Sequence record: MT446416.1 | From: Escherichia virus TH47 | Strand: one strand, 5' to 3' | Length of the DNA stretch: 64,000 nucleotides | In this document: in pieces, positions 1-10,344 of the stretch | Layout: each line of letters begins with the position of its first letter | Numbering within the stretch: the stretch's first letter is position 1 | Position numbers and translations under genes: made by a program | The notes under the pieces: generated by a model | Seen by the model: only the letters and a program-made list of their open reading frames with translations | Database searches by the model: none | Told to the model about the DNA's origin: nothing

Positions 1-1
1 A

Positions 2-1051
2 GAAGCTGAAGTAATTGACAATACCCTATCTGATGGTGATAAGGTTATGATATTCACAACTGATGGTGAAGATTATGTGAGATACCAAAACAATGCATGG
101 GAAACCATCTTGAGTGTATCAAAAATCAAAACTGACACCACACCAACCTTGTACACAGTAAGAAACACTGCGAACGGAACTGTAGAACTACTAGATAGTA
201 CTGGAGTTGTACTTCGTTATGATAACATCACTAAACAACAGAATGAACCAGCAATACCTCTAGCATTGAACATCGTTCGTATTAGAACCTTTGCTGATCC
301 AGAATTCTTGGTTGATGGTGTTAAGTTGTATGAAACAAATAGAAATTATGCTATCGACGCAATGAACTATGAAGTATTCTACGACACAACACTATACGGT
401 GGTTCTTATAATGATGGAATTACACCAGATGACGTTGATGTTTGGGTAGTGTCTAACGAGATATTTGAAGTTGATGGTGTTACCATTGATAACGGATATA
501 ACTTACCAATTACTGGTGCAGGTGTTCTTAGTGAGTTAGTGAGAACAAAAATGACTGATAGTGTGGAAATTAACGTGTTCGAGTATGATGTTGGTATTAT
601 TCAACCTGTACTGAATGCTGAAGGGGTATGGGAATATGCATATCCACTAGTTAGTGATACATATATTGGTGTAGTTGGTGGAACAGTAACTAACATTACT
701 GCTATCAGTGAAGAAAATGCTACTTATGTTTCACAACCAGATTCAGTTAGTCCATATAGTGTTACTAATAATGTTCTATCTGGTGCTGGTGCAAGTATGA
801 ATGATATTATTTCTCTTGGTTTTGAAAAAGTTGAAGTACGATTTGCAAATAACTTACTCCGTGGGGTAATGTATAGTGCAGAACACGACTTTAAAGAGAA
901 TGTGACATATTCATTTAATGGATTGAACTTAGGTAAAGTTAATTTACTAAAACGTTATAGTGTTAACAGTTATCCAATCGAACTATCGGTTTACTCCGAT
1001 AGTTTGCAAATAAGTGGTAATGACATTAAAAATCTATTAGAAGTTAAATAA
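2..1051 (+). CDS. hypothetical virion/tail-associated protein, 5' end truncated by window edge
   Basis: Frame open from nt 2 with no stop until TAA at 1049-1051; ORF track start at 47 is an internal Met; followed by hairpin terminator. Confidence 0.5.
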   Translation, partial: EAEVIDNTLSDGDKVMIFTTDGEDYVRYQNNAWETILSVSKIKTDTTPTLYTVRNTANGTVELLDSTGVVLRYDNITKQQNEPAIPLALNIVRIRTFADPEFLVDGVKLYETNRNYAIDAMNYEVFYDTTLYGGSYNDGITPDDVDVWVVSNEIFEVDGVTIDNGYNLPITGAGVLSELVRTKMTDSVEINVFEYDVGIIQPVLNAEGVWEYAYPLVSDTYIGVVGGTVTNITAISEENATYVSQPDSVSPYSVTNNVLSGAGASMNDIISLGFEKVEVRFANNLLRGVMYSAEHDFKENVTYSFNGLNLGKVNLLKRYSVNSYPIELSVYSDSLQISGNDIKNLLEVK

Positions 1052-1054
1052 CAA

Positions 1055-1086
1055 AAAGGAGAGCAAATGCTCTCCTTTTCTTTTTT
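1055..1086. terminator. bidirectional rho-independent terminator
   Basis: Perfect 10-bp stem aaaggagagc/gctctccttt with 4-nt loop, A-run upstream and T-run downstream; sits between convergent genes. Confidence 0.7.
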
Positions 1087-3373
1087 ACGCAATAACTTTT
1101 TCTACTGCTTTAGTTCGTTTAGGTTTGATTGCCAATTTACCATCAATCACATCAAACGTTACGTTACCACCATTAACCAGAGAACCACACAACATCTCTT
1201 TAGCTAGTGGGACACGGATGTTTTGCTCAATAGTGCGTTTCATTGGACGTGCACCCATTCCAACTTTAACACCATTTGTTGCCAACCACTCACGAGCCGC
1301 TTTGGTCAGTGAAACTTTAACTTTGCGGTCTTTGATTTGTTCATTCAAACTTCCCATGAACTTATCAATGATGCTGTCAATCGCTTCGCTGCTTAGGTCT
1401 TTGAATGTCACAATACTATCGATACGGTTGATGAATTCAGGTGGCAAGAATGCTTTAATCGCTTTATCTTGTGCTGTATCACTACCGCTCATCCCAATAC
1501 TACGCTTGGTTGAATCTGCTGCACCAAGGTTAGTCGTCATAATAACAGTTACGTTATTGAAGTAAACAGTTTTACCTTGTGAACCAGTCAAACGTCCTTC
1601 GTCCAGAACCTGTAGGAAGGTTAGTAGTACTTTACGATCAGCTTTTTCGATTTCATCGAGCAACAGTACTGCATTCGGGAACTGCTCAATCTTGTCGAGT
1701 AGCAGACCGTTACCAGAATCGTGACCAACATAGCCTGGAGGTGAACCAATCAGTTTAGCAACAGTATGTTCCTGTGAAAACTCGGACATATCGAAACGAA
1801 TCAGTTCAGAACCAGTTGCATCAGCCAGTGCTTTGGTAATTTCAGTTTTACCAGTACCAGATGGCCCAACAAACATGAATGCACCTTGAACACTTGATTT
1901 ATCACGCAGACCAGCACGAGCTACCATCACGTTATCAACCAGTTTCTGTACTGCTTCTTCTTGACCGTATACACGAGAACGGAGTGCATCTGGTAGATTA
2001 CGCATACGTTCACTTTCAGTGCAAGCAACCACGTTAATATCTAGGTTTGCGATACCTGCAACAACTTCTTGAATCAGTGCAACAGTGATGATGTTATCAT
2101 CAGTTTCACGAGAACGTACTTTCGCTGCCGCCGCATCCATTAGGTCGATTGCTTTGTCAGGGAAGTGTTTGTTCTTCAGGAACTTATCACTTAGTGTAAT
2201 AACTGCATCCATTGCTTCAGTACTGAACTCTACGTTATGGAAAGTTTCATAAGTAGATTTCAAACCATTCACAATCGCACGGGTTTCATCAATTGATGGC
2301 TCAACTACATCAATTTTCATGAAACGACGAGTTAGTGCACTATCTTTTTCGATGTTTTTACGATATTCATCGTAAGTTGTTGCACCGATTACACGAATCT
2401 CACCACGAGATAGTGCAGGTTTGAGCATGTTGCTCATATCCATAGAACCGTTGCTTGCTGAACCAGCACCAACCATAATATGGATTTCATCGATGAACAC
2501 AATAGTGTTTTCACGTTTCTTCAGTTCTTTTAGTAGGTTATCGATACGTTCTTCGAACTCACCACGGTACTTAGTACCAGCAGTCAGTGCACCTACGTTC
2601 AGAGACAGAATTTCAACATCTTTAAGATGCTCTGGTACTTCACCATCAGCGATTGCCTGTGCTAGACCATCAATGATTTGAGTTTTACCAACACCAGCTT
2701 CACCAGTCAGGATGGCATTCTTCTTAGTCTTACGGGCCAGAGTTTCAATCAGTGCAGAAAGCTCTTTCTGGCGACCAATCATTGGGTCAAGTTTACCTTC
2801 TTTTGCAAGTGCTGTTAGGTTAGTGGTGTAATCTTCTAAACCTTTTTGTTTGGACGATGGTTGCTGTTGTGCCACTTTTTTCTCCCCAGTTGGCTCATCA
2901 CTAATGCTTTGAAGGTTGATTCCGTTGTCGATTGCTTCTACGTGCTTCTGTAGAGTTCGTGCTGCTTCAGTACAAGTGATACCCTCTTCACGCAATGCTG
3001 CTTCTAGTGCAGTATTTGGGAAGGACAAACACTCAAACAGTACAAAATAAGCATCAATTGAGAAATCATCACGTTTAAGTTGCTCAATTACTGATTTCTT
3101 AGAAAGTTCCTGAACTACACGGTTCACGAGAAGTGATGTGCGGTTCGCTTCATCACCATCAGCACTTTTAGGTGCATGTGGGAATGTTGTATTCTTCAGA
3201 TATGCAATCAAACGACCGTGTAGGTTGTCTGCATCGATGTTCATATCTTCAAATACTGCTTTGATGCTATCGATTGTCAGTACTGTAGCACTTAGATGGT
3301 CAATAGTCAAGAAGGTATGACCCAGAGAAGTTGCCAGTTCGTCGCTTTTTTTGAATAATTGGGTAAGATTCAT
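1085..3373 (-). CDS. clpA: ClpA-like AAA+ unfoldase (Clp_N domain plus two AAA modules)
   Basis: N-terminal Clp_N-like repeats; D1 Walker A GEAGVGKT and Walker B FIDEIH; D2 Walker A GPSGTGKT and LLLDEIEKA; IGM tripeptide in D2 (ClpP-docking IGF/IGL-like loop); no ClpB middle domain. Start placed at ATG 3373 (GGAGAA SD 6 nt upstream) rather than GTG 3397. Confidence 0.85.
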   Translation of the reverse strand: MNLTQLFKKSDELATSLGHTFLTIDHLSATVLTIDSIKAVFEDMNIDADNLHGRLIAYLKNTTFPHAPKSADGDEANRTSLLVNRVVQELSKKSVIEQLKRDDFSIDAYFVLFECLSFPNTALEAALREEGITCTEAARTLQKHVEAIDNGINLQSISDEPTGEKKVAQQQPSSKQKGLEDYTTNLTALAKEGKLDPMIGRQKELSALIETLARKTKKNAILTGEAGVGKTQIIDGLAQAIADGEVPEHLKDVEILSLNVGALTAGTKYRGEFEERIDNLLKELKKRENTIVFIDEIHIMVGAGSASNGSMDMSNMLKPALSRGEIRVIGATTYDEYRKNIEKDSALTRRFMKIDVVEPSIDETRAIVNGLKSTYETFHNVEFSTEAMDAVITLSDKFLKNKHFPDKAIDLMDAAAAKVRSRETDDNIITVALIQEVVAGIANLDINVVACTESERMRNLPDALRSRVYGQEEAVQKLVDNVMVARAGLRDKSSVQGAFMFVGPSGTGKTEITKALADATGSELIRFDMSEFSQEHTVAKLIGSPPGYVGHDSGNGLLLDKIEQFPNAVLLLDEIEKADRKVLLTFLQVLDEGRLTGSQGKTVYFNNVTVIMTTNLGAADSTKRSIGMSGSDTAQDKAIKAFLPPEFINRIDSIVTFKDLSSEAIDSIIDKFMGSLNEQIKDRKVKVSLTKAAREWLATNGVKVGMGARPMKRTIEQNIRVPLAKEMLCGSLVNGGNVTFDVIDGKLAIKPKRTKAVEKVIA

Positions 3374-3411
3374 GTATTCTCCTAAATGAGTAGTCACTCT
3401 AATTAATAAAC

Positions 3412-3439
3412 ATTATATCACATTCTTTGCGTTTGTCAA
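3412..3439 (-). promoter_or_regulatory. sigma70-type promoter TTGACA-N16-TGaTATAAT driving the ClpA-like gene
   Basis: Minus-strand reading TTGACAaacgcaaagaatgtgaTATAAT; consensus -35 and extended -10, about 32-nt leader to the ATG. Confidence 0.6.
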
Positions 3440-3444
3440 CAAGG

Positions 3445-3450
3445 TAAATA
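3445..3450 (+). promoter_or_regulatory. T4-late-like TAAATA motif 31 nt upstream of ATG 3482
   Basis: One of eight TAAATA sites found 31-36 nt upstream of gene starts in this window. Confidence 0.3.
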
Positions 3451-3481
3451 AAGATATACCCGATTTATTTTGGAGACAAAC

Positions 3482-4978
3482 ATGACATACAGAATGTGGA
3501 AAAAAGGTAGAACCAATGATTACAAGTTCATTGACTCTGCCATAGCAGAACAATACAACATCGGTGGTGTTGACATGTGGCTTTATGCCTATGTCGGACC
3601 AAAACAAGTCGCTGATAACACTGATTTATCATATGGCGGTGATTATTATGGTTCAGATAGTACCGTTGTGTCAAGCATTGGTGATTTAATTTTTGGTGAC
3701 ACTCCAAGTCGTAACTATAATCTCGAAGCTATCACCTTAAGTTGCGTCTACCAAGTCCAAGAAGCAACTCCTGACTTGAAAATCCCAGGATTGTTCTTCA
3801 ACTTTAACACTATGGACATCACAATTCATTATAACACAATGATTCAGCGTTTGGGAAGAAAAATTATGCCAGGTGACGTAATCGAACTCCCTAACTTACG
3901 TGATTTTGATGTACTTGGTAAAGATTCTGGTTTAAATCGCTTCTATGTAGTACAAGATGGGTTTAGAACATCAGAAGGTTACTCAGTTACATGGCAACAT
4001 CACATTTACAAACTCCGTGTTAAACCTCTTACTGATTCACCAGAGTATTCAGACCTTCTAGGTAACAATAACTACCCTGATGACCCAGATGAACCAAACA
4101 ACGGCAATGGTAATACTGATGATGGCTCTTCAGAGAACAGCAGCTATGGTAATGAAATGGACATTATGAACCGTATCATTATGCAAGCTGATGATGAAGT
4201 ACCATACATTCATTTTACTAACGAACACTTGTTCGATGACAGACCAGATACCGTTGATTTGTCTAAGTATATGCTAAATGGATACGAATTACCAGAGGAA
4301 CCAGCAAATAAAATGTATTTCCTCAAGAAAACTTACCCAGTACTGAAAGAACTATCTAATGATACATGGATTTCTGTAGAAGTCAAGCGTGGAACAATCT
4401 TTCCTCGCAAACCGATGGATGGTGACTTCTTCTTTAAAGAAAACGAGGCTGATGTCACTGGCTTCTCATTGTATCAATACGATAAATCTGCCAAAAAGTG
4501 GCTAAATTGTGATGTTGAGTATACTACAGAAAGCACACCACCACAAGGGGTTGATGATTTTTATATTGAATACAAAGAACCACACATTTATCAGTACTTA
4601 AATGGTAAATGGGGAGAACCAGAAGTAACTTACGTTAATGACCCATTCACTTCTAATAGTGTTTATGGAAATATCGATTCACAACAAGATTATCGTCCTA
4701 AGATTCCTCCAGCACGAGGTACAGTTCCTGAAGGTAATATGTTCCCAAGTGATGCAGTTGATGGTGATTACTACTATCGTACCGATTATACACCAGTAAC
4801 CCTATGGGAATACAGTGCATCCAAGAATTCTTGGGTGATTTTCGATTACGGTGGTAGAAAACCGTGGGAAGGTGCAGATCTTGCTCTAACAGAATTTGTT
4901 AATAGCCCGAACCGTGTACCATTACATGATGCAGTTAAACCTAATACAGCGTATCGTATACATAAGGATTCAGAATGA
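3482..4978 (+). CDS. hypothetical protein (possible virion structural)
   Basis: 498-aa ORF; ATG 3482 with GGAG SD; ORF-track start 3470 is TTG; stop overlaps next ATG (ATGA). Confidence 0.5.
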   Translation: MTYRMWKKGRTNDYKFIDSAIAEQYNIGGVDMWLYAYVGPKQVADNTDLSYGGDYYGSDSTVVSSIGDLIFGDTPSRNYNLEAITLSCVYQVQEATPDLKIPGLFFNFNTMDITIHYNTMIQRLGRKIMPGDVIELPNLRDFDVLGKDSGLNRFYVVQDGFRTSEGYSVTWQHHIYKLRVKPLTDSPEYSDLLGNNNYPDDPDEPNNGNGNTDDGSSENSSYGNEMDIMNRIIMQADDEVPYIHFTNEHLFDDRPDTVDLSKYMLNGYELPEEPANKMYFLKKTYPVLKELSNDTWISVEVKRGTIFPRKPMDGDFFFKENEADVTGFSLYQYDKSAKKWLNCDVEYTTESTPPQGVDDFYIEYKEPHIYQYLNGKWGEPEVTYVNDPFTSNSVYGNIDSQQDYRPKIPPARGTVPEGNMFPSDAVDGDYYYRTDYTPVTLWEYSASKNSWVIFDYGGRKPWEGADLALTEFVNSPNRVPLHDAVKPNTAYRIHKDSE

Positions 4979-6318
4979 AAATAGATTATTATTATGATGG
5001 TCAATTTCGTCGAGTACTGAAACATCTTATCAGAGTGTTTGGTGAATTTCAAGTACAAAATGGTGTTGATGCTGACGGAAAACCAAAATATAAGAAAGTT
5101 CCTTGCCGCTATGCAGATATTTCACGTATGGCAGCAGCAATTATTAATGGTAACAGTGAGAACGTGCTTCCAACAGCACCAATCATGACCATTAGTGTAA
5201 ACCAACTTAAACTAGATCGCAAGTCAGTTCGTTCAAACGCAAATGAAACATTAGTTATGGGGACTAACAAGTCCCCTGGAATTAACGAATATACTAAAGA
5301 CTTAGATAAACAGTATAAAGTAACTCGTCATAACCCAGTACCTTGGACATTTACGTTTGATGTTAATATTTGGGTTACACAAACACAAACTAAAATGGAA
5401 CTATTTGAGCAAATTTCAACATTGTTTGCTCCTAGTATTCAATTACAACTCTCCGAGAACCCACTGGATTGGACATCATTGAGTGATGTGGAGTTGATTG
5501 ACTGTCAATTTACTACTCGTGGTTTCCCACAAGGAACCGATAGTGATTTGGATATAATGGTATTGACATTTGAAACCACAATTTGGTTCTCTTTGCCAGC
5601 TATTGTTGAGAAACCAAAACTTATCCAACAAATCACCACCAATATTAAAGGTGCTCGTGATGAACTTGATTTTGAAATTGGTAATTACTCGGATATCATT
5701 ACTGATGTATTCACACCAAAGAACTTATGTATTAAAGTTGATGAAATAACAAACTCTGAACTTAATATCCCAGATACTTACCAACTCACTCTTGTTAGTC
5801 AATCACTATCAGAAACATCACCAAATGGTGGGATTTATTCATGGGAAAAATACCTTAAGTACTTGGACCCAGAATATGAAGACAAGACTGTAGGTATTAA
5901 ATTCCAACAAGCTATAGAAGAGGATAACCCACTAAAAGGACATATCTCTTCATTTGGGGAAGGGGCTGATTCTAACAAGATTGTAGTTCAGCTTGATAAT
6001 AGTAATTATACTGTTGATTATACAATACATGGATTCATTAGTAAAGACTCTTTGTTATATAACGCACTACCTGAACAATATTATGTAAATAATAGCATAC
6101 ATAACATCATTTACAAAGAGACTGAAATCCCAGCGAACTATTTGTTTAAAATTACCAATGATGGAGCAGAACTTATTGAGCCATCGCGAGTACACCACTA
6201 TGTTTATAATATGGAAGATAGTGGATATTATAGATATAATGACAAATTCAAATGGCATAAGAGTATTATGTCAGTATATCGTCAGGGATATTGGAAAATA
6301 ACTTTCACTGACAAATAA
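4975..6318 (+). CDS. hypothetical protein
   Basis: 447-aa ORF translationally coupled to upstream gene; no recognisable motif. Confidence 0.5.
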   Translation: MKIDYYYDGQFRRVLKHLIRVFGEFQVQNGVDADGKPKYKKVPCRYADISRMAAAIINGNSENVLPTAPIMTISVNQLKLDRKSVRSNANETLVMGTNKSPGINEYTKDLDKQYKVTRHNPVPWTFTFDVNIWVTQTQTKMELFEQISTLFAPSIQLQLSENPLDWTSLSDVELIDCQFTTRGFPQGTDSDLDIMVLTFETTIWFSLPAIVEKPKLIQQITTNIKGARDELDFEIGNYSDIITDVFTPKNLCIKVDEITNSELNIPDTYQLTLVSQSLSETSPNGGIYSWEKYLKYLDPEYEDKTVGIKFQQAIEEDNPLKGHISSFGEGADSNKIVVQLDNSNYTVDYTIHGFISKDSLLYNALPEQYYVNNSIHNIIYKETEIPANYLFKITNDGAELIEPSRVHHYVYNMEDSGYYRYNDKFKWHKSIMSVYRQGYWKITFTDK

Positions 6319-6330
6319 GGAGGTGTTGTT

Positions 6331-6795
6331 ATGAATGAAGCAGTAGGTGCTATATTTTTATCTAAAAGTACTGGACACATGATGTTAAACTTGAGATCAG
6401 AAAGAAGTACGTATTCTAACAACTGGGCATTTGTTGGTGGGAAGCTTGAGTATAATGAAACTCCGTTACAGGGTCTTATGCGTGAGATTAAAGAAGAGCT
6501 AGGTGATTCTATTCCAACGATAATAGATATTATACCATTTGATGTATTTTGTACGAAGAATGGTAAATTTAAATATTATTCATTTGTCATTGTAGTTGAA
6601 AATGAATTCGTACCTACTTTAAATCATGAGAGTTCTGGTTATGCATGGGTTAAGATTGGCTCATGGCCCAAACCATTACATCCTGGTGCAAAAAACACAT
6701 TACTTAACACAAATTTAATGAAGGATTTCTATTCATTGTGGGAAAGTATACGACAAGGTACACAGTTTGTCAACAGCTTACCATATCGATATTAA
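6331..6795 (+). CDS. Nudix hydrolase
   Basis: Nudix box GGKLEYNETPLQGLMREIKEELG (G-x5-E-x7-REUxEExGU); AGGAGG SD. Confidence 0.8.
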   Translation: MNEAVGAIFLSKSTGHMMLNLRSERSTYSNNWAFVGGKLEYNETPLQGLMREIKEELGDSIPTIIDIIPFDVFCTKNGKFKYYSFVIVVENEFVPTLNHESSGYAWVKIGSWPKPLHPGAKNTLLNTNLMKDFYSLWESIRQGTQFVNSLPYRY

Positions 6796-6800
6796 TAAAA

Positions 6801-6830
6801 AAAGGAGCCAATGGCTCCTTTTTTCTTTTT
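6801..6830. terminator. bidirectional rho-independent terminator
   Basis: aaaggagcc/ggctccttt stem flanked by A-run and T-run, between convergent genes. Confidence 0.7.
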
Positions 6831-7929
6831 ATACCCCAATTAGTGGGATACCTGTTATATTAAGTAGAACAGATACTTGAAGCTTAACTGACTCACCTGC
6901 CGAAAGGTTGTTTACTATACCATCTACGCGGAACCCTAAGTTTTTATTAGAGTTAAGAGAGTTAATCACCCAGTTTTCGTAATCCGCTTTTGTAATACCA
7001 TTCGGATTTGGGAGAGTTGGGTCAACACCATTAATTACCATAGATACATCCCAATTAGGGCGACTACTTGTAATTACATCCTTGATTGATTCTAGTTGTG
7101 TAATGCGACGTGGGTCTGGAATCTGACTTGCACCAATTGAACCAGGAACAAATTTACCTTGGTTATCAACATAGAACTGACCTTTAATGAAAAATGTTTT
7201 TGAATTATACGGAAGAGAAACAATTTCACCTGATGAATCACTAACTTCACGAATCATAATTTTCAATTCATAAAAATAGTTACTACCAAATTCAAACACA
7301 CCAGTACCATTTGTGAATGTTGTCCAGTTATTTGAATCAACCTGTGAAGTACCACCCATATTGAAGTAAGCTAATGGCTTAGTACTGTTACTTTGTGTAA
7401 ATTCAATATATTTCTTACCTGTATCATAGTTGATATCAAGTAGTGTGGAGTACTCTTTATTTTCTGGACGAGATGTTTGAATTTCACGCCATTCTTTATT
7501 TTTCATTAGGACACGAAGGGAATCACCATTACTGGTAAGAACCATACGACCCATAATACTATTTTCACCATCTGGTACGGTGTTGAAAATTGAAATCATT
7601 GGGATAGATGCCCAGTCAGCTTCAGATGCAGTATCTACTGGCTGACGAGCATTATCAACTAATGCAAGAAGTAGTTCGCCAGTGTTGCCAGTATTTCTGT
7701 ACCAAATCTGACCATTAACGTTACCACGAGGTGCAGTTGCTCCACTGAAGTTCTCAACCAAGTGGAGGAAGTTTTCGTTCCATGCTTGACCGTAACCAAC
7801 TTTATTTCGACCTGCAAAGTTTAACGGTACTGGGTTACTACCAGGTTGGTTTGGTCCTAATATTACGTTATTTGGAATGGTAGCATAAACGCTACCATTA
7901 CTTCTATAAATTGTATAACTTACACTCAT
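6829..7929 (-). CDS. hypothetical protein (possible tail/baseplate component)
   Basis: 366-aa ORF, ATG with AAGGTGA SD; first of three co-oriented genes. Confidence 0.5.
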   Translation of the reverse strand: MSVSYTIYRSNGSVYATIPNNVILGPNQPGSNPVPLNFAGRNKVGYGQAWNENFLHLVENFSGATAPRGNVNGQIWYRNTGNTGELLLALVDNARQPVDTASEADWASIPMISIFNTVPDGENSIMGRMVLTSNGDSLRVLMKNKEWREIQTSRPENKEYSTLLDINYDTGKKYIEFTQSNSTKPLAYFNMGGTSQVDSNNWTTFTNGTGVFEFGSNYFYELKIMIREVSDSSGEIVSLPYNSKTFFIKGQFYVDNQGKFVPGSIGASQIPDPRRITQLESIKDVITSSRPNWDVSMVINGVDPTLPNPNGITKADYENWVINSLNSNKNLGFRVDGIVNNLSAGESVKLQVSVLLNITGIPLIGV

Positions 7930-7941
7930 ATCATCACCTTA

Positions 7942-8550
7942 TTATTGTAGTTGGACACGAACTGTGTATTTGATTTGCAAAACACGGTTAGCACTTTTCT
8001 CAACTGGGTGAAAAATAATATGGGTAAGTGGAATACCGCTATCACCATTTGTATATAAACCCAATTCGTCAAATACATATGTCCCATCCATGCTAGTACC
8101 AGAGCTAACACCTTGGTCAGATGGCTCACCTAAACCTAATGTACAAATACAGACGATATCAGTGTAAGCTTGGCCTGGAATGTGAACAGTTGTAATGTTG
8201 TTATATTGTGAATCAATACCAGCAGAGATACGTGGGTTGATTTTTTTCAGATAAGTCTGAGAATATAGACCACCGAAAGAAGTAACGCGTGGTTTCTTGT
8301 ATGTGATACGACCAGTACTCAAAACTACTGTTCCACCATTACCAAAACGCATCTCACTAATAGATCCAATAGGAATACCAGTACTATCTTGATTATAAGC
8401 CAACGCATTAGCAATAGCAGTACTCATATTTTCAGGGTGAATTGCGTTTGATTTATCCAAAACGATTTTTTGGTTAGATGGATCAGTAACGTCAGTAATT
8501 AGTACATGACCCTTAACAAATAGTTTTGGTTGTTCTGTTTCTAATTTCAT
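7942..8550 (-). CDS. hypothetical protein
   Basis: 202-aa ORF, ATG with AAGGA SD. Confidence 0.5.
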   Translation of the reverse strand: MKLETEQPKLFVKGHVLITDVTDPSNQKIVLDKSNAIHPENMSTAIANALAYNQDSTGIPIGSISEMRFGNGGTVVLSTGRITYKKPRVTSFGGLYSQTYLKKINPRISAGIDSQYNNITTVHIPGQAYTDIVCICTLGLGEPSDQGVSSGTSMDGTYVFDELGLYTNGDSGIPLTHIIFHPVEKSANRVLQIKYTVRVQLQ

Positions 8551-8559
8551 TTCTAATCC

Positions 8560-9057
8560 TTAGTAGTTAATTAAAATTTGTTCTAACTTACCAGCTAAAC
8601 TTTTTTGTACATCAGATGGATACTTGCTAATGTAATCACGGTCAATACCAACTTTCAGATAGGTAAAGTTTCCGGTTAAGGTTTCAGCGAATGTACCAGT
8701 TGTACCTTGTTCTCTAATAAGGTCACCACCATTTGGGTTAAGAATGACATTATCAGTAAATTCAAGATAGAAGTTGCAGCTTTCGGTAAATTTAATTGGG
8801 AACCAATCATCGTCCGATGGATTACTTGCCAGTGTAGCGAGTACGTAAATTCTACCAATGAAGTTACGTAGGGTAAAGGATATTGTATGTAATCCTGTAG
8901 TACTACCATAATAGCCGCCACTAGCTAATGATAATGTTTGTTCGTTCCAATGATAATCTAAGTTAGCAGGATACCAGCTATCTGATTCAGGAAATTCTTG
9001 CCATGAACCATCTTTAGTTTTTCTTTTGAAGAGGAAGTCTTTTGATCTTAATGCCAT
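8560..9057 (-). CDS. hypothetical protein
   Basis: 165-aa ORF; first gene of minus-strand operon. Confidence 0.45.
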   Translation of the reverse strand: MALRSKDFLFKRKTKDGSWQEFPESDSWYPANLDYHWNEQTLSLASGGYYGSTTGLHTISFTLRNFIGRIYVLATLASNPSDDDWFPIKFTESCNFYLEFTDNVILNPNGGDLIREQGTTGTFAETLTGNFTYLKVGIDRDYISKYPSDVQKSLAGKLEQILINY

Positions 9058-9088
9058 TGTTAAGCCCTTTTAGTAGTGAACTTTCATT

Positions 9089-9094
9089 TATTTA
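9089..9094 (-). promoter_or_regulatory. T4-late-like TAAATA motif 31 nt upstream of ATG 9057
   Basis: Recurrent motif and spacing. Confidence 0.3.
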
Positions 9095-9124
9095 TTAATG
9101 GCAACGAAATGTATTTTGTACTGA

Positions 9125-9130
9125 TAAATA
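9125..9130 (+). promoter_or_regulatory. T4-late-like TAAATA motif 36 nt upstream of ATG 9167
   Basis: Recurrent motif and spacing; divergent partner of the 9089 site. Confidence 0.3.
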
Positions 9131-9166
9131 TTGGTATATGACATTAACTCATACAAGGGAAATATT

Positions 9167-10294
9167 ATGACAATTTCATTCAACAATGGGTCAGGTGGTT
9201 CATGTAATAATTCTGGCATCAAAAGTTTAGTTATTAACGCTGCTGGACATTTAATTGTAACCTATTCCGACAATACAATCCAAGACCTAGGTCTAGTGGT
9301 TGGACAAAATGGTGCTAACGGTAGAAACTTTTATCCAAATGAGATAGGTTTTGAAGTTCCTAATGAACTCTTCCGTGTTGGTGAAGAACTAGGGTGGTGT
9401 TATCTTAGTCTTGCAAATGGCACTAGTACTTTATATTTTAAATCAAACGATGCACAAGAAGAAATTAGTACTTGGAACCGTGTAGAGTTTGGTAAAGGTG
9501 ATACTGGCGAAACTGGTAAACCATTCCACATTGACAGTTCTGGTACGGTGTTTCCAACAACTGGTCTTTTCAATAATTACACATTCTATAATACTGAAGA
9601 TGGTAAATTATATTTCTATCAAAGCGTAACTGCAACATGGAGTGATGGTATTCCTTTCCGTGGTGAACAAGGTCTACGTGGTCGTTTCCATATTGATAGT
9701 ACTGGTAGTCAATTCCCAAGTATTGATAATCTACCACAAGATTATTGCTTCTATAACACTACTGATGGTAATTTGTATTATGTTGATATCGTAACTACAT
9801 CATCAACCCCAACTAAAGAGTGGAGTGCTGGAATCTTATTCCGTGGTAAAGACGGTGAAGAAGGTAAGCAAGGTGAGCAAGGTGTTCAGGGTGAACCTGG
9901 TAAAGACACAGTTGTTATCATCAACACTATTGATCATTCATGGACTAACGCATTGTTAGTTATTGGTACATGCCCTGCTGGATACCTAGTAACTAATATC
10001 GAAGTTGACATTAATCAAGCATATGATGAACCAGTAAATGAAATGTTTGTACGTTTCGGTGGTGAAGCACAAGAAGATATTGGTGGTACTGTAATTGCAC
10101 CTGTTGATTATTTCGATATCAACCGCAAAATGCGTTACATTGTTAACGAAACCAACCACGAAGTATCAAGTAAAGATGAAATCATTTCTTGTGTATTCAA
10201 TGATTCCGTAAACAACAGTTCATTTGGTGAAATGAAGATCGTTTGTACTTTATCATGGCAAGCACCTATTCAGCCTATTCAAGATAACATTTAA
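9167..10294 (+). CDS. tail-fibre-like protein with collagen-like G-X-Y tract
   Basis: Seven consecutive G-X-Y triplets (GKDGEEGKQGEQGVQGEPGKD); duplicated ~30-aa segment FHIDSxG...FYNTxDGxLY; ATG 9167 preferred over TTG 9131. Confidence 0.55.
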   Translation: MTISFNNGSGGSCNNSGIKSLVINAAGHLIVTYSDNTIQDLGLVVGQNGANGRNFYPNEIGFEVPNELFRVGEELGWCYLSLANGTSTLYFKSNDAQEEISTWNRVEFGKGDTGETGKPFHIDSSGTVFPTTGLFNNYTFYNTEDGKLYFYQSVTATWSDGIPFRGEQGLRGRFHIDSTGSQFPSIDNLPQDYCFYNTTDGNLYYVDIVTTSSTPTKEWSAGILFRGKDGEEGKQGEQGVQGEPGKDTVVIINTIDHSWTNALLVIGTCPAGYLVTNIEVDINQAYDEPVNEMFVRFGGEAQEDIGGTVIAPVDYFDINRKMRYIVNETNHEVSSKDEIISCVFNDSVNNSSFGEMKIVCTLSWQAPIQPIQDNI

Positions 10295-10308
10295 AAGAGG
10301 GTTGATAC

Positions 10309-10344
10309 ATGGCAGTTTTTTCCAATTTAGAAGGGACCATGATG
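10309..10344 (+). repeat. conserved N-terminal module, copy 1, shared by adjacent fibre genes
   Basis: atggcagttttttccaatttagaagggaccatg versus copy at 12465; encodes MAVFSNLEGTM. Confidence 0.7.
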
